From positions 868,001 to 932,000 of the forward strand of contig CM102288.1 of assembly GCA_046563655.1 (NCBI GenBank): a stretch of 64,000 nt of DNA. The letters run 5' to 3'. The notes beneath the pieces are model-generated. The model was not told where the DNA came from, ran no database searches, and saw only the letters and a program-made list of their open reading frames with translations. Position numbers and translations under genes: made by a program. This DNA comes from Yuukianura sp. NJ FZ-2021. Taxonomy: Eukaryota. Positions 37,618 through 51,229 of this stretch are shown one piece after another. The stretch's first letter is position 1. The number at the start of each line of letters is the position of its first letter.

Positions 37618-38364
37618 TTCAGATCAAAATTTGATCTTTTAATAAGAATTTTGATCTTTTAATAAAATATTTAATAAGAAACTGCAAAAATACCTGCACG
37701 ATGTCATGTGCTTTTTTCCCATAAGAAAAAAGAAGCTACTCATGCCTTCCTTCTTTCCCTGAGAAAAAAGGAAAGCTTCTTTTTGAAAGCGAAGCAGCGG
37801 AGAATTTGGAATTGCGCCATATGCAGGTGTTACCGCCAAAACAATATTTTTATTGGTGGGGTCTTCCAATAGCAAAAAAATAATTTATTGCCGGTGACAC
37901 CTGCATGCCGCGCAATTTCAAATTCTCCGCTTCTTCGCTGTCAAAACAAAAGCTTCCCTCTTTTCTCTGGAAAGGCAGGAAAGAATGAGTAGCTTCTTTT
38001 TTCTTATGGGAAAAAAGCACACGACATCGTGCACATACATGTTCCCTTCCTATCGGCACTCTGGGAGAGTCTGTGACGTCACCCATGCATTTCAGTTTTT
38101 CTCTTAGACCGCTGCCCTCAAGTGCCGTGTATTTTCAGTTGTGTAACAACGTTTTTTCAAATAAAAAAAACTACAACCGACTAATACCTAAGTTTATACT
38201 ATTCATGCAATTTTAATATCTTAATTTATGTCATTTCCTCTTTAATGACACAAATCATTTCACTGGAAGCAGTCTAGTGACGTCACAGACTCTCCCAGAG
38301 TGCAGATAGGAAGGGAACATGCATGATCGTGCAGGTGTTTTTGCGGTTTCTTATTTGATCTGAA
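37618..38364. mobile_element. Foldback/palindromic MITE (host of a nested insertion)
   Basis: Outer ends TTCAGATCAAA / TTTGATCTGAA. Arms pair imperfectly across the element (centre ~37862) once the 38034-38325 insert is removed. Confidence 0.8.
38034..38325. mobile_element. P/hAT-like MITE nested in the foldback element
   Basis: ~49-bp TIRs CATACATGTTCCCTTCCTATC... / ...GATAGGAAGGGAACATGCATG, with an 8-bp TSD ATCGTGCA (38026-38033, 38326-38333). Confidence 0.85.
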
Positions 38365-38789
38365 CATACTTTGGATAAGCCTTGAAAATGAAAAGCCCTA
38401 GAAACAAGACGACAGCAAACAACGGATGATGATGATCATGTGTGTGGAGAAAGGAAGATCAGACCTCCATTTAATTGATACTTTAGGTTTAGATTTAATT
38501 GATTTTACTTTGAAAACTAAATGGAGAGATGTTGAACTTGTTGGCGAGGGAAACCGACTGACTGGTTAGTGATTACGGAAGGAGACGGAGAGAGACGAAA
38601 GGGACTTTTCGTTGCCTTGAGGTTAGGACACACTGCATGTAACCCCTCACGATGCGATGCCAAACATTCACCAACCCCTAGCTCTATACCAAATAGTCAA
38701 AAACATTCAGTCGACCAGACGCTTTCATTATGTATTAATAACTTGAAAAAGTGTTAATAAAAAGTAGTAAATAATATTCGAAGCACGGA

Positions 38790-38905
38790 ATTACATCGAA
38801 AAAAAGACATCGGAGAAAAAGACATCGAAAAGAAACACATCGAAAATGCAAACACATCACAACAAAAGACATCGAAAACTAACCTAAGTCAGCCAAACCT
38901 AAGCA
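38790..38905. repeat. ~15-bp minisatellite (AAAAGACATCGA core) followed by TAACCT-like motifs
   Basis: About six degenerate ACATCGAAAA units in tandem. Confidence 0.65.
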
Positions 38906-39419
38906 CGCAAGCACTATTGCGTTCTTTAAAACCTAACGTGCTTTACCAAAGCCTGCTTTACGAAACCTCACGCTAAACCTAAAATTTTCATTTTTAGGCT
39001 GAAACTGCACGCACAAAGTTTGTTGCAATTTCCGCGCCGAAGGCGCGGCGTTATGTTTGGTAAAGCACGTAATAGTGATTGCGTACGTAGGTTGGGTCCA
39101 ATCCCACTCATTGTTTGGCGATTTAGTTTTTCAATAACCATTTCAACCCACATTTTGCGGGTGTAAGTGTTTTAAACAAAAGTCTGGACAAAGTAAATAA
39201 TATGAATTGAGTAATAGTCTACTTGAATATGCTACCTAAAGTTTATAATTAAACTAACCTAACGTCTAATTTACAACTTTACACTTAAAGACTATTGCAC
39301 CTTTTTATTAAGTCGTAGCTCTTTCCCACTTTTGCGCATGCGTGTGGACTTTGCATGAAAATATGAAACAGAGTTGGACAATGACAGATTCCACTTTTGC
39401 ATCAACTATTTGTAAAATA

Positions 39420-40343
39420 GGGTAGGTGGGGGTAACTGTGGTACGGGGTAACTTGTGATAGTCGGCTATAACTTTGTTATTGTAACGATTTAAGAAAATC
39501 TAAAAATTAGCTGGGATAGCTGGGGCTAAGAGCTTCATGGTGGGTAGAGGAGGGAGATAATTAAGTAACATTTTCTTACTGAAATCAGTGACACAGCTGT
39601 TAGACCAACTTACAACTCTAACATTCTGTTATTCCTCCTGCTGAAAACATTTCTTCGGATTTTGCAAAGATTCTTCTGAAAACTGTTTCTCCTCAAATCG
39701 CTAACGTAACCACTGTGAAGAAAAAACGAATTGATAATGCAGAGATATCATTAGAAAGGAGTCATACCTCACGAAAGTAGAGGAAGGAAAACTGATCACA
39801 AAATCTAAGACGATTTCTACTCCAAAAGTGACAAAAGCTAGAGCTTCAAAAGAAAACAAACCACCACGTGAAAAACAATCGTTCAAAAAATGGGATAAGC
39901 GATGTCTTTTCTAAATTTAACTGATTTGTCTGTAGCTCACACACCCCTGTCACTTATTAATGGTCGACTTTGGATCAATTAAATTTCTTATCCGTAACCA
40001 AAATACGACCTACCAGTTTCCCGCAGACCAACCACAATTACCCCATTTTTGCGGGTAACTGTGATAGGTTATTTAATATTAATAATTAATTATATATAAT
40101 ATAATTTAATTATATATAATATAATTTAATTATATATAATAATATATATTTAATATATTAAATTATTTAAAAATACTTAAGCAGTGAAATTTTTAAAACG
40201 TAGGTGGTGGAATTAACTTAGAACAGTATGTGCTTGGCAAGTGTGGTCTTTAGTTAATTTGTAGTGCTACAAGTTGGGACATTTAAGACGCAAAAGTCGA
40301 AACCGTGAAAAAAACTATCACAGTTTTTAACCCCCACCTACCC
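39420..40343. mobile_element. TA-flanked TIR element (Tc1/mariner-pogo-like, non-autonomous)
   Basis: Ends GGGTAGGTGGGGGT / ACCCCCACCTACCC with TA outside each end; internal GGGTAACTGTG repeats; AT-rich tandem at ~40080-40150. Confidence 0.8.
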
Positions 40344-40794
40344 TACATATTGACAAAATCCAAGAAAAATTGAAAATTTATTTCGGTTTCTCTTTCTACC
40401 AGTTCAATTTCATTACAAATTATTTCTTCTTTTCATAATTACAAATTTAATATATTAACCTGCCACTATAATTATATTGTCGCTGAGTTTTTACTAATTA
40501 AAAAGTAATCGTTACTTTAGTAAAATTGGTAAAAACAATTCTTATCCCAAAACGCATAATAATTTGAACAAAAATTTGAGACATAATTGACATAATGCTG
40601 TTTCACAAATAAGCTAGTTGAACATTGAAATTGAAACAAGAAAAAATCATAATATAGAAGTAAATAGAGTATAGAGGAGTAAATAGAGAATCAAATCTGA
40701 AAAATGACAAAAATAAACGATAAAAAGCTGCCAGTTTCATTTGGTCGTTGTCAGTATTTTAGCTGCTCAAGAAGGCACTTTTAGCAGTCTTTCC

Positions 40795-41198
40795 GGTTGG
40801 ATTATACCCTTATGTACGCATGTTAAAAACTTGGAAAAATTTCGAGAAAAAGGTCACTGACATCCTCAGACAACCCAAAAAATGACCTCTACAAAAGTTG
40901 TTGGCCTTGATGAGGGGATCATTTTTTGTACTCTGACATATGACCCTGCGACCTTTCGTTAAGGTCATAGGTCAATTTGAAGGTTTAACCTAACCTAACC
41001 TAACTAACTTTCAAATTGACCTATGACCTCAACGGAAGGTCACAGGGTCATATGTCAGAGGACAAAAAATGGTCCCCTCATCAATGCCAACAACTTTTGT
41101 AGAGGTCATTTTTTGAGTTGTCTGGAGATGTCACTGACCCTCTACCCTCAAAATTTTTCTAAGTTTTTAACATGCGTACATAAGGGTATAATCCAACC
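40795..41198. mobile_element. Near-perfect 404-bp palindromic (foldback) element with 8-bp TSD
   Basis: Arms GGTTGGATTATACCCTTATGTACGCATG... / ...CATGCGTACATAAGGGTATAATCCAACC. TSD GTCTTTCC at 40787-40794 and 41199-41206. The loop contains (TAACC)n. Confidence 0.9.
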
Positions 41199-41455
41199 GT
41201 CTTTCCAGTAATAAATTATTTCTAATACATTTAACTATTTTGATATTTTGGCATAATAGGAAGCAATGGTCATGAGAGTCTCAACACCTAATTTCATCAA
41301 CAACGTTTTTCATAAAAGTTGTCAATTTGTGTACAAGACTTTGATAGTGTTGAGATTTCGTTTCGTAAGTTACGAATCGTAACTAGAGTTAAATAAAACT
41401 TAGCTTTAACAAAATACTTAAACTACTAAATATAAATTGTCAATTTTGGCTGGAT

Positions 41456-44400
41456 TTATATATTGCTTATTTTGTCTCCATTTGTTGTTGTCGTCGTTGT
41501 ATTTCCTGCCGAACGAGATTCATCCTCCATCCTCGAAGTTTCGAGTTGGTGCTAAAGTAAACCATGTTTTTCAAAAATTCAAGAAATCTTCCAAATTGTG
41601 GTAAAATTTTTAAAAACTTACAGAGTCTGTAACAAATGGGAAATAGTTCCATTCCAGTGGGCATAGGATTTCGTCAGTCCCCAGACTGTTCCGTTTCTTT
41701 CTTAGATTGAAAACCTTGATTGATTTTCCAATCTGGAAAAAACTCGATTATTTAGAATTCATTTTCAAAACAAAAAATAGAAACAAATTGAAGTACAAAT
41801 TCATCAATGTTCACCTTGACTTTGAACGTAGGGCTGAGCGGTACAAACTCCGGCGACATTTCAACTTTTCTCTTCTCCTGCATAATGTTGCGACCCACAA
41901 GGTCATTCACCTCTTGATTCACATGTCTCCGTAACAATGTCTTGTCTGTAGGAATAGAGAGCAGCGTCGCCAGTAAATCAGCGTTGAACTTTGGTTCCAG
42001 AATCAACAGTGCACCGTGAACACCTTCAAATGAACAATTTTCAAAAAATCCATTAGCACAGTGGCCCAATTTTGAAACAATTTTTTCTAATCCTGTCACA
42101 CTAACCCGATCCTCTTAAATTCGGTGCATACTCGGACAGTTCCACTGCTCTTAGCCACTCCATGACACGGTGATTGGACCACGTAGCGACATGTTCTGGA
42201 CTTAGGTTGTCACTTCCTCTGGACATTCCTACAACACCTCTGCGACACAGACATCCCGGATGGAATTTGTGGATCCGAAGAAGTTGAATTCCCCTGTTAA
42301 AAACAGCTCAAAAGTTCAAAACTCGTTCGCTTTTACTCAATTTTTTAAAATTTGTTCACCTCTTTATACTCATGTGATGTAGCAAACTTGTGACTTTGAG
42401 AAATACAAGATCCTCTGGTGTGAGTTGACTTAAAACGCGTCCATCAACGCGTGCTTCTCCAAATGCTTCTTTGTACTGCGGAAGTCCAATGTCGTCAAGC
42501 CATCGAATAACCCAATGATAATCCAATTTCCCAGGACTGTCATCATCATTTGGATTCTTGAGAGCGTTGATGGCAAGTTGCAACTTCTTTTTGTGCAGAG
42601 GATTCTGTCAACATGAAAATCCAAAATTTAATATCCTCCCAAGTCAATTTCATTTCAAATTTTGAATTTTAAAACCTTCATTCCCAACTCTTTCTCCAGC
42701 TCTTTGCTCGTTGCATCCAGCAGTTGTTGACCAGATTTGACCCAGCGTTTGACCTCATTCGAATACATACTCAGTCCCATACAACTGAGCCACAGAATAA
42801 CTGAATCTGAATCCCACAGATGAACAGGGCCTGATGGTCTAAAAAAACAAAGAAAGTCATAAAAATTTAGTTCCATTTCATCATTTCTGTTTCGAATTTT
42901 GTAAAAATTTTACTTTTTCTGAGCAAATGGATCCGAAATCCATCCTAATCGCGGTTGAGCCGTTGCCCGGAGTCCTCCACGCGTAAACTGACTCGACTCT
43001 GGTACAATGTCATCCAATCCACCAGAATTACTTCTCTTCAATTTACTCAAAATTCGTAAAATTCCTCTCGATTTATGAGAACTCGGAGACTTCTTTTCAC
43101 TACTATTCAATCTCTTCCTCTCCCACTCCTCACGTTCAATCGCCGCTAAATCACAGACCATAAAATCAAAAATCATAAAAACATAAAATTTTCAAAAAAG
43201 CCCACAAATTCTACTGAAGCCCTCAAGCATGAAAACATTTAGCCCAAAATACTTAGAAGGAAAAGAGTGAAATCAAAACCTAAATTGGGAGCAGAAGTGC
43301 TCCTTGGCCCATTTTGTGACGCTGAATAAAACCCACCACCACCAGAAGAAGCAACGAAAGCCACCTCGTCATCTCCAGCCCCACCACCACACTGCGCAAG
43401 ACCAGCGTAGTCCTCTGGCCGTGGCCGAAAATGTTTCAGCTGAAGTTGGAATGACATAGGAGCAGAGTGCTCAGGAGCTAAGAAACCAAAAGCTACCGTG
43501 ATTATTTTTGAATTGGGGCTGAACAGCATGTGACTTTCGGCTGTTCAGGGACGATGATTTTCCTTGTCGCGGTGGCGTTTCATCCACTATGGAGGACCCA
43601 CCATTATTAAATGCAGACAGTTGCGAGGCCTGGTTCCGTCTTGGCAGTGTTCCGAAAGCAGTTTGATCCACTCGTCTGTAGGCATTGGCAGGCGGAGTCT
43701 GAAATTTTAAAACAAAATCGAAAGATCATTTCTCTTTCTACACTTTCCAACAAAAACAAACTTTTTATTTTAAAACTGATCTTACCCGTGGTCTGCTCAG
43801 CGGTTTGACGGGAACTGTAACCATGTCGCTTCCAGCACTTCCCACACGACTCCGATGAGAATGTCCACCGTCGCCATAGCCATTTTGATGATGAAGTGTC
43901 GGAGATGGAGATCTTAAGTGGCCAACTACTGGTCCCAGAGGTGGTTTTGCCCAAAGGCGTTGATCAAATTCCGTTGCGCCAAAGCGATCTCTAAGATCAA
44001 AATTTTCACGTTCCAGTGCTGCCTGTTTTAAGCGTAGGCTTGAAATCTCTGTCATCAGTTCCAGTTTTTGGGTTTCCAGGGATGAGCGCGTCAAAAGTTC
44101 CTAAAAACGAGAAAAAGTTCAAAATTAAAAATTGACAGAATTCCATTTTTCTAACTTTTGAATTTAAAAATCTTACTCTGGACAGCGTCTCTTGTGTTGA
44201 ATCGAGAACATTTTTCTTATCGTCCAAAACTTTTTCCAAATCGTGTATCTTCCCTGTTTGTACATCAATTTGATCAGACAAAATTGAAACTTGGATATGT
44301 AGCGCGTCTTTGTCAGATTCCAGCCGAAGTAGTCTGTCTTCCAGGTCAAGACCAAGCAGTGACCCCTAAAAATTGACACAAAACAGAACTTGAAATTCAA

Positions 44401-47400
44401 AAATGCTTCCACGTTTCCACTTTTCTGACAAACACTTTTGAAAAACTTCAAAAATGTCCGTTTTTCTTAAAATTTAACCAGTACATCTTACCCTTGATCC
44501 TAAATTAATACAGTTCCTTTCATGCGTACAACATTTGCACGCACCCAAGCCACCTCCACTACGCATCGGTACAGTTTTGTTGCCACAACAGCAGCCACTA
44601 TACGGTTGTACCTTGTTGTCACCTTCACAACTAGACTCCCTAGCTGAATGCGGAGACTGTGCCCTCCCCAAGTACAACTTATTCAACTTTTTGGCCACCG
44701 CTGCCGCAGCAATTGCCGCCGCCTCATCAACAATACTTGGATGATAGGACGAATGTCTGTTTGAAGCAGGCGGTAAACCTTGTCCAGCCGAACATCCAGG
44801 CAAATCTCTCTCCAGTGACGATCTGCCCACAACATACGAACTTTTAGTGGGTTTGGATGCCAAAGGCCTAACAAGTTCCAGCGAATACTTGTTGCGGAAC
44901 GCCTCTAAATCAAGTAACGGCGAACTTAGTTTCCTTTCACGGTCATTTTTGTCCGGAAGTGACACGGCATAGTTCTTTTCTAAACTTTTTTCCAGCTCTC
45001 TCTGTCTCTGTCTATAACTATGCCGCGATGGAGACCGAATTCTTGAACTTCCCGCCTGAATTCGAACATTTTGTGTTGCCACTTTGGTTGTCACTTGTTC
45101 CTCCGCCGAGATGGCAACAACTGCCCCGGGTGGAATCGGTGGCAACCCGTCTACACTCGTCACAGTTCTAGAAATCCCAACTCCCAAAGTACTGTTTCCA
45201 GCACATTTTCCATTAGCACCACTATTAGCACTTCCGCCAGAAGCCATGGCTGTACAAACAAACAATTGAGTCACAGTTCCACTTTCAAATTAACAAAACT
45301 GATCTTTTAGTACTGATAGACACAAAACAAACTAAAAAGCACAGTCGCTAGATTCTAGAAAGAGCAACTGCACGAGTCTAAAACCCTATTTTTTAAAAGT
45401 TTAGAAACTAAAAAGCCAGGGAGGTGTGACCAAAATTCGAGACTTGCCAAAAAATTTCATAATGGATTTTTTTTTCGCTCCAAAGGACTATGATAGAAAC
45501 GAAGAGAAGCAGATGCAAAAGAGCAGAGATTCCAATTGCATTTTGAAAAAAAGGAAATGAAAGGCAGTTGTTAATCTCTGAAATCTAATTCCTTACACCC
45601 TGCAGTGTGGATTGCCTTAAAAAACGAGAGGAATGTTAGCGATAGACACTGTCAAAGCACATTCTCAAAACAAATCCGTCTCTGTTAGTTTTTAGTTTCG
45701 AGGACGTTGGCACTGGGAGTTACTAAAAAAAATAATCCGGGTACCGGCTAAAGTGAACCCGGTGAAAGCAAATACCGAAAAAGAACAAATTGAGATGTTA
45801 AGAAAATAGATTTAGCGCGAACAGCTTTTTAAAAAAAGGAACCATGCTGACATAATCACTTTTTAAAAAAACGAAAACTGTTTTTAATTTTTAGCCTTTA
45901 CATTCTCCTTCACCATTAGTTGATTCCCCGCCTCCGCTTGCTTTTTTCTTGAAATCAACCAAACTCATTTTCTGTAACTTTGTACTTTTGATTTTAGGAG
46001 ACGTTTTTGGTGACCTTTGACCTACAGGAACTGCTGTCACTCCACTAATACTTCCAACATTTAGAGTCATGAGGCCACTGACACAATAGTGTTCAGTAGA
46101 GTCCGTGTCACATGGCGTTTCAGTCTCTTCGTCTTCGTCAGACGAACTTTCACTAGAAGATTCACGCAAACTTTCTTCGTCGGATGAACTTTCCTCCGTT
46201 TTCCCTACGCGCATTTTTTCCTCAAATTTTCGTTTTGGTTTTACAGGAGTTTCGACTAAAACTGATTCGGTAGTTGGAAATTTTGAAGTCGACGGAACTG
46301 CTGGAGCAGCCATTGCCACACCCAAAATTTCAAAATTTGGAAAACCTCTTCACAAGAAATCTCAAGGTAAGAAAAAACTTTCGAAAAAGGAATCACTGGA
46401 CAATTTTTCTTCTATACAAACGTTGCAAAATTTGTAAAATTCATAAGATAACCACTTTAGAATTTCAAAGGAAGGAAAATACTTCTAATTTCTAAAATTT
46501 CCCTAACCTTGACTTGACTTTTGACTAGTTTACACAAAGCTCCCACGAACACACAAACTAACCACCGACGCTTTTAACACTAAAACGGAAGTGAGAGTGA
46601 CATGCCAAGCGTCTCAGCAGCTCCACTCCTGCAAAACTTTTTAAACTTTCTTTCTCCATGCTAAGAATAGAATCTGTGATTTGTCTTTCAACCAAAACCT
46701 CCGTGCCTCACTTCCTAAAATCTTCAAACTGAAACCGAGAAAATGCTCCAGGATCATAAAAAAATTTTTTGTCGGTAGTTTCACTCAAGTGAAACCCATT
46801 AAATTCTGCACGATAAATCCATTTGTACGAAATAAAATCAACTCAAATTAAGAATCTTTCACTTGCGACACTAAAAAACGAACAAAAAATCTTCCCACTT
46901 AGCTAAAACAATTCAAAACGAAAAACTAAATTCCAACAATTCAAAAATTACAAAAATTCATACAAGGAACAATGACAAAAAAAATCTTAAAGTTTCGAAC
47001 TCAAAAGGACAACTTGATCTCCATCTCCACAAGTTTTGAGATGCAGATGATAAAAAATTTGGAAAAGTCATTAAGCCATACATGGTGAAAACAAACAATT
47101 CAAAACTTTGGATTAGTTTCCTATTTTGGCAAAAATGAGAACGTTTGTAATAATTTATAACCATTATTTTCGCCATTTTGACGCTTAGCCAGTTATGAGA
47201 GTTTCGAAATGAGTTCCATACAGCGCAAAGCGATTCGCCAGTTTAAATTTTTTCGTTTCTGCTGTACCAAACACGCTTAATCATAGTTTAAAACAAGTTT
47301 TTAAATTTATGACCCTTATGACTAAAACATTGCTGCACTAAACTTTAGTTTTAAAACAGAGAGGTCACCAACCTGCTACAACTTTTTTCCAGCACACATG

Positions 47401-50231
47401 CTTACTACCATAAACCTCAAAAAACGAAAACTATTTAGCACAATAAATCTTGCGTAAAGAACTTCCTTATTTGTCTTGCTCAAAAACGGATTTCATAAAA
47501 ACAAAATCCAAATTCCAGCATTACTTGTTCAAATTGACATTTGAATTTGAGCCAAAGAATTTACCTGCATGGAAATATAACTCCTGCGTTCCTGCTGCGG
47601 ATACTGATGCTGTCCATGGTGATAGTTACTAAATTCATCACTACACTTTGGATCTCTTCCCATTGGCACATTGACAGAACTCTCAGAGTTATACAGACTG
47701 TTGACCTTTGACCTCACAAAACCATTTTCACTTCCGCAAGAGGTCATTCCCCCTGAATTGCCAACTTGGCATCCTCTGCTCACAACTTTTGGAGTTACAC
47801 GGGGAAAACAGTAACCAGCTTCGTTGTGATAGTGCCCAATGTTGACATTGTCAATGTCGTCATCGTCAAATGTCACCGTGCGACATCTAGTTGATTGACG
47901 GTTTGACGGACCACGACCTCGGTCATGGTCATAATCAGTAGTGGAATTGATCCGATCGTAAATTGAATCCAAACTTGAACTTAGGTTGTTCATGTTACTC
48001 AAATTATTTTCAGTTTGAGGTATGACCTTGACCTTTGACCTGTCAGGACAACTTTCCCATGGAAATGGTGGCACTGATTTTGTAAAGGACTTGAGTAATC
48101 TAACGGGAGAACTGGAATCCTTGTCATGCGCAGTGTTAATTGCTTGACAAGCGTACATCGACCGCGTTTTGGCATAGTCAACTCTACGCCGACGACGAAT
48201 CGGACGCGGCGGACCGCGGGAAGGCGTGAAATCATTTTCAGACGCCAAGTTTTGTTTCGCGTGAACATGACTGTAGTGACTAAAATGATCTGCATCGTGT
48301 CTGATGTTATCCTCGTTGAGAATTTCGGTCAGTTTAGTCAAAAAGTCCCACTCATCGACAGTATTTGAACTACTGGGTTTATGTTCTGCTTGACCTAGAG
48401 ATTTCGGCTGGTCAACGATCAGTGAAGTGGTTTTGCTCCGAGTGTAAGTATGAACCGGTCGCTCAAAATTTTTACGCAAATCTTTGACCGAAACTCTCTG
48501 CGGCACTTCTTCGCTAGTGTCGTCCGAAAAACCGGGTTTCGGAAAGTTCGATCTTGGTGAAAGTCGACTTTCCGGACGCAAACTTTCGTACAACTCCCAA
48601 TCAGTTTTTGACGACGCCATGATTAGGTGCACACCAAACCGATTAAGCTGGATATCGACGCCACTGACACCAAAATGCACTGTTGAAAATTTCAGCTAAA
48701 CGATCTTGGCTGCGATTTTTTTAAAAATGTAGTCGTTTTAGCCGCGAATGAACTAAAAACCTTAGCCTTGAAGTTCTCAGTTTTTCAAAATCCAAAACCG
48801 TCGTCAGTGCTTTCTAGGAGAAAACTAGAATCCTTCTGTGAACCATTCACAAGAATCCACTGCTCAGGATCTTACGACTTCAAGACTCGAATCGGATCAA
48901 CTTTCAAGTCACTTAAAGTGGAATTTGCTCTTGTCAACTGAACGAGACAGCATGGGGTTCTCTAGCGCCTCTTATTACTACTCTCCAAAAAGTGCACAAA
49001 TGCCAACGTAAGTACTAGTACTACTGCCTAATATGCGGGTGTTTCATACTTTTAACTTCATTTCCTAGTCTATGCCAAAAACAAGAACATCTCCCTTGGG
49101 CTTCCAATATGCTTTTTCCTTCAACAGATTTGCAAATGATTGTCAAAATTAAACAAAAGAAGAATCATTAAGAATGAACTTGTGCCAAATTATATCCTCT
49201 CGCTCTTTTAGTTCAATTTGGAAACACGAACATCTTCCTGGATTGCGGAAAGTGCAAGAAAGAATGTCTGAAACATTCAACAAACTTTCACTTTCGCAGA
49301 AAGAAAGAACTTTAGCAGAGCATAAGATAAACAGAGTGAATACTAACGGGATTTTTTTGTGAAATTAAAAAGTGATCCGCCCTACAGTTCTTTTGGATCA
49401 TCAACCAGCCATAAATCAGAATTCCTTTTCAGTTCAACATTAACTAAAAAATGCAGAGAAGCAGACATCTTTTTACGCATATTTTTAAAATTCAAGTTCT
49501 CAGAGATATGTTACTGTCATTCGTGCAGAAATCTGTCAGACCAAATAAATGTCATCTCTACAACACGGAATTTGCGTAGGACTTATTAAGACTGGCTTAG
49601 CTGACTGTGACTGAAGATGAAGATGAACGGACATGTGTGGGTGGCTGCTGGTGAGCTGCCCGGTGGCTTGGCAAGGAACAAGGAAGCATTGACAACTTGT
49701 AAGAGAGACTAATCCTTCCCAATCTAACATCTCTAGATCTAACATCTTTGTCAGTGCTCAGTGGAACTTTGTTTGATGTTAGTGATCTAAATGTGGTCTC
49801 TCTCACCTCTAGTAACTGTACAATTCGTTGGCACCATGACTTCAAAAATAGTTTTTCATCGGGATCCAGTTCAAGAAGTTGGCCACGAACGAAGTCCCAG
49901 TCAAGTGATGAGCGTCGTAGAAATGGAACGATCCGTTCTAAAAGAAAAAACAACATTTGAATCAAAAACTGTTCACCATTCAGTGAACTTGGTAGAGGCC
50001 AAGGTCACCTTGCAGATCTGGATCCGCTACTAAAGAAAATTGAATGCACCAGTTCTTAAACAGTTTTTTAAACTAGTAACTTGAAAATTGAAAATTAATG
50101 GACTTTTTAGTTAGCTAACCTTCTTTTTGAAGCCGCTGAAGGAGATCCATCGGTTTAGAGTTCGATGTAGTAGTGCTACATGAGCTAGAGCTACCGGTAT
50201 TGTCAGTCATCAGTTGGTGTTGATACCCCAT
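41456..50231 (-). CDS. PPFIBP: Liprin-beta (coiled coil + three SAM domains), multiple alternative first exons
   Basis: Coiled coil EDRLLRLESDKDALHIQVSILSDQI...LTRSSLETQKLELMTEISSLRLK; RGGLRATA. SAM motifs LEKELGMKNPLHKKKLQLA, WVIRWLDDIGLPQYK, WSNHRVMEWLRAVELSEYAPNLRGSGVHG. Ends ...KISNI*. Confidence 0.9.
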
Positions 50232-51229
50232 CTTCTACAACATCAACAAAATGGATTTTAAAAAGATGAAGTTGTACGATTCTCAGTTTCGCAATGTTTC
50301 AATTCAACAGTAGGATAGGAAGTTGAAATCCAACTTCCAACTAATTACGTAAATTCCCAGAAATAAATGTGAATGAGTAATCTTACCAATCAATCAACAA
50401 CCAACACTTGACACTATCTTATTTGATTTTGTTACTGATGCAGGATTAGAACACAAAATGTGATACTGGCCAAACGTACTTAGCAATTTGCTAGTTAGTT
50501 GCAAAAAGAAGCTCATAAGATTATAACCAATTAGGACGACAAACGCAACTTATACCGAAAACCGAAATGAATTGACTAAAAAATTAAAAACAAAAACAAG
50601 TGAATCAAATGTTTATATTTTGGCTCTGCATTTTCAAGGAGGGGATGTTAAAGATTTCTCAACTTCCTCATTTGGAGGCCAAACTTCCGGCGTCCTTCAG
50701 CTTATGAACAAACGCTATTGCATTTTAACTTAGTTTTCAACAATTATATGTTACAAAATATTATATTCAATTAATTTTAGTATATTTTAAAATTAATTAG
50801 TAATACTGTAGCAGTAAAGGCAATTTGATTCTTTCCGGTTTCCAAAAGTCTTACCTTTCTCAAAATTTGAAATTAGAAATGGTGGGAAAAAAAAACTCCA
50901 ATCAGCTTTTCAAAAAAAAAATAATTCATTTTTTCACACGTGCTTTTCAATTTTCCATTTGGTTTCCCTGCTGTTTTGTTTCCGGATGTCAATTGAGTCA
51001 ATTAGTAATTACTAATTAATTACTAATTTCTTAGTTACAGATTGAGCTGAAGCATACATTGTTCGCCAAGTACCCAACCCGTAAACACGTTAAGGTAACC
51101 CCCAAATTGTTTTGTTTAGATTTTTGATTCCTTGATTTTGACTTTTGACACTTTTTTTTTCTTAGCGTTGAGCCTTGAGCGTACGATTGTAAAGTCGTTG
51201 GATTTTCGATCTGACAGAATTGGAGCCAA

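Noticed and set aside
40986..41004. True telomere or chromosome-fusion site
   Set aside because: Only ~3-4 TAACC units, inside a TSD-flanked element.
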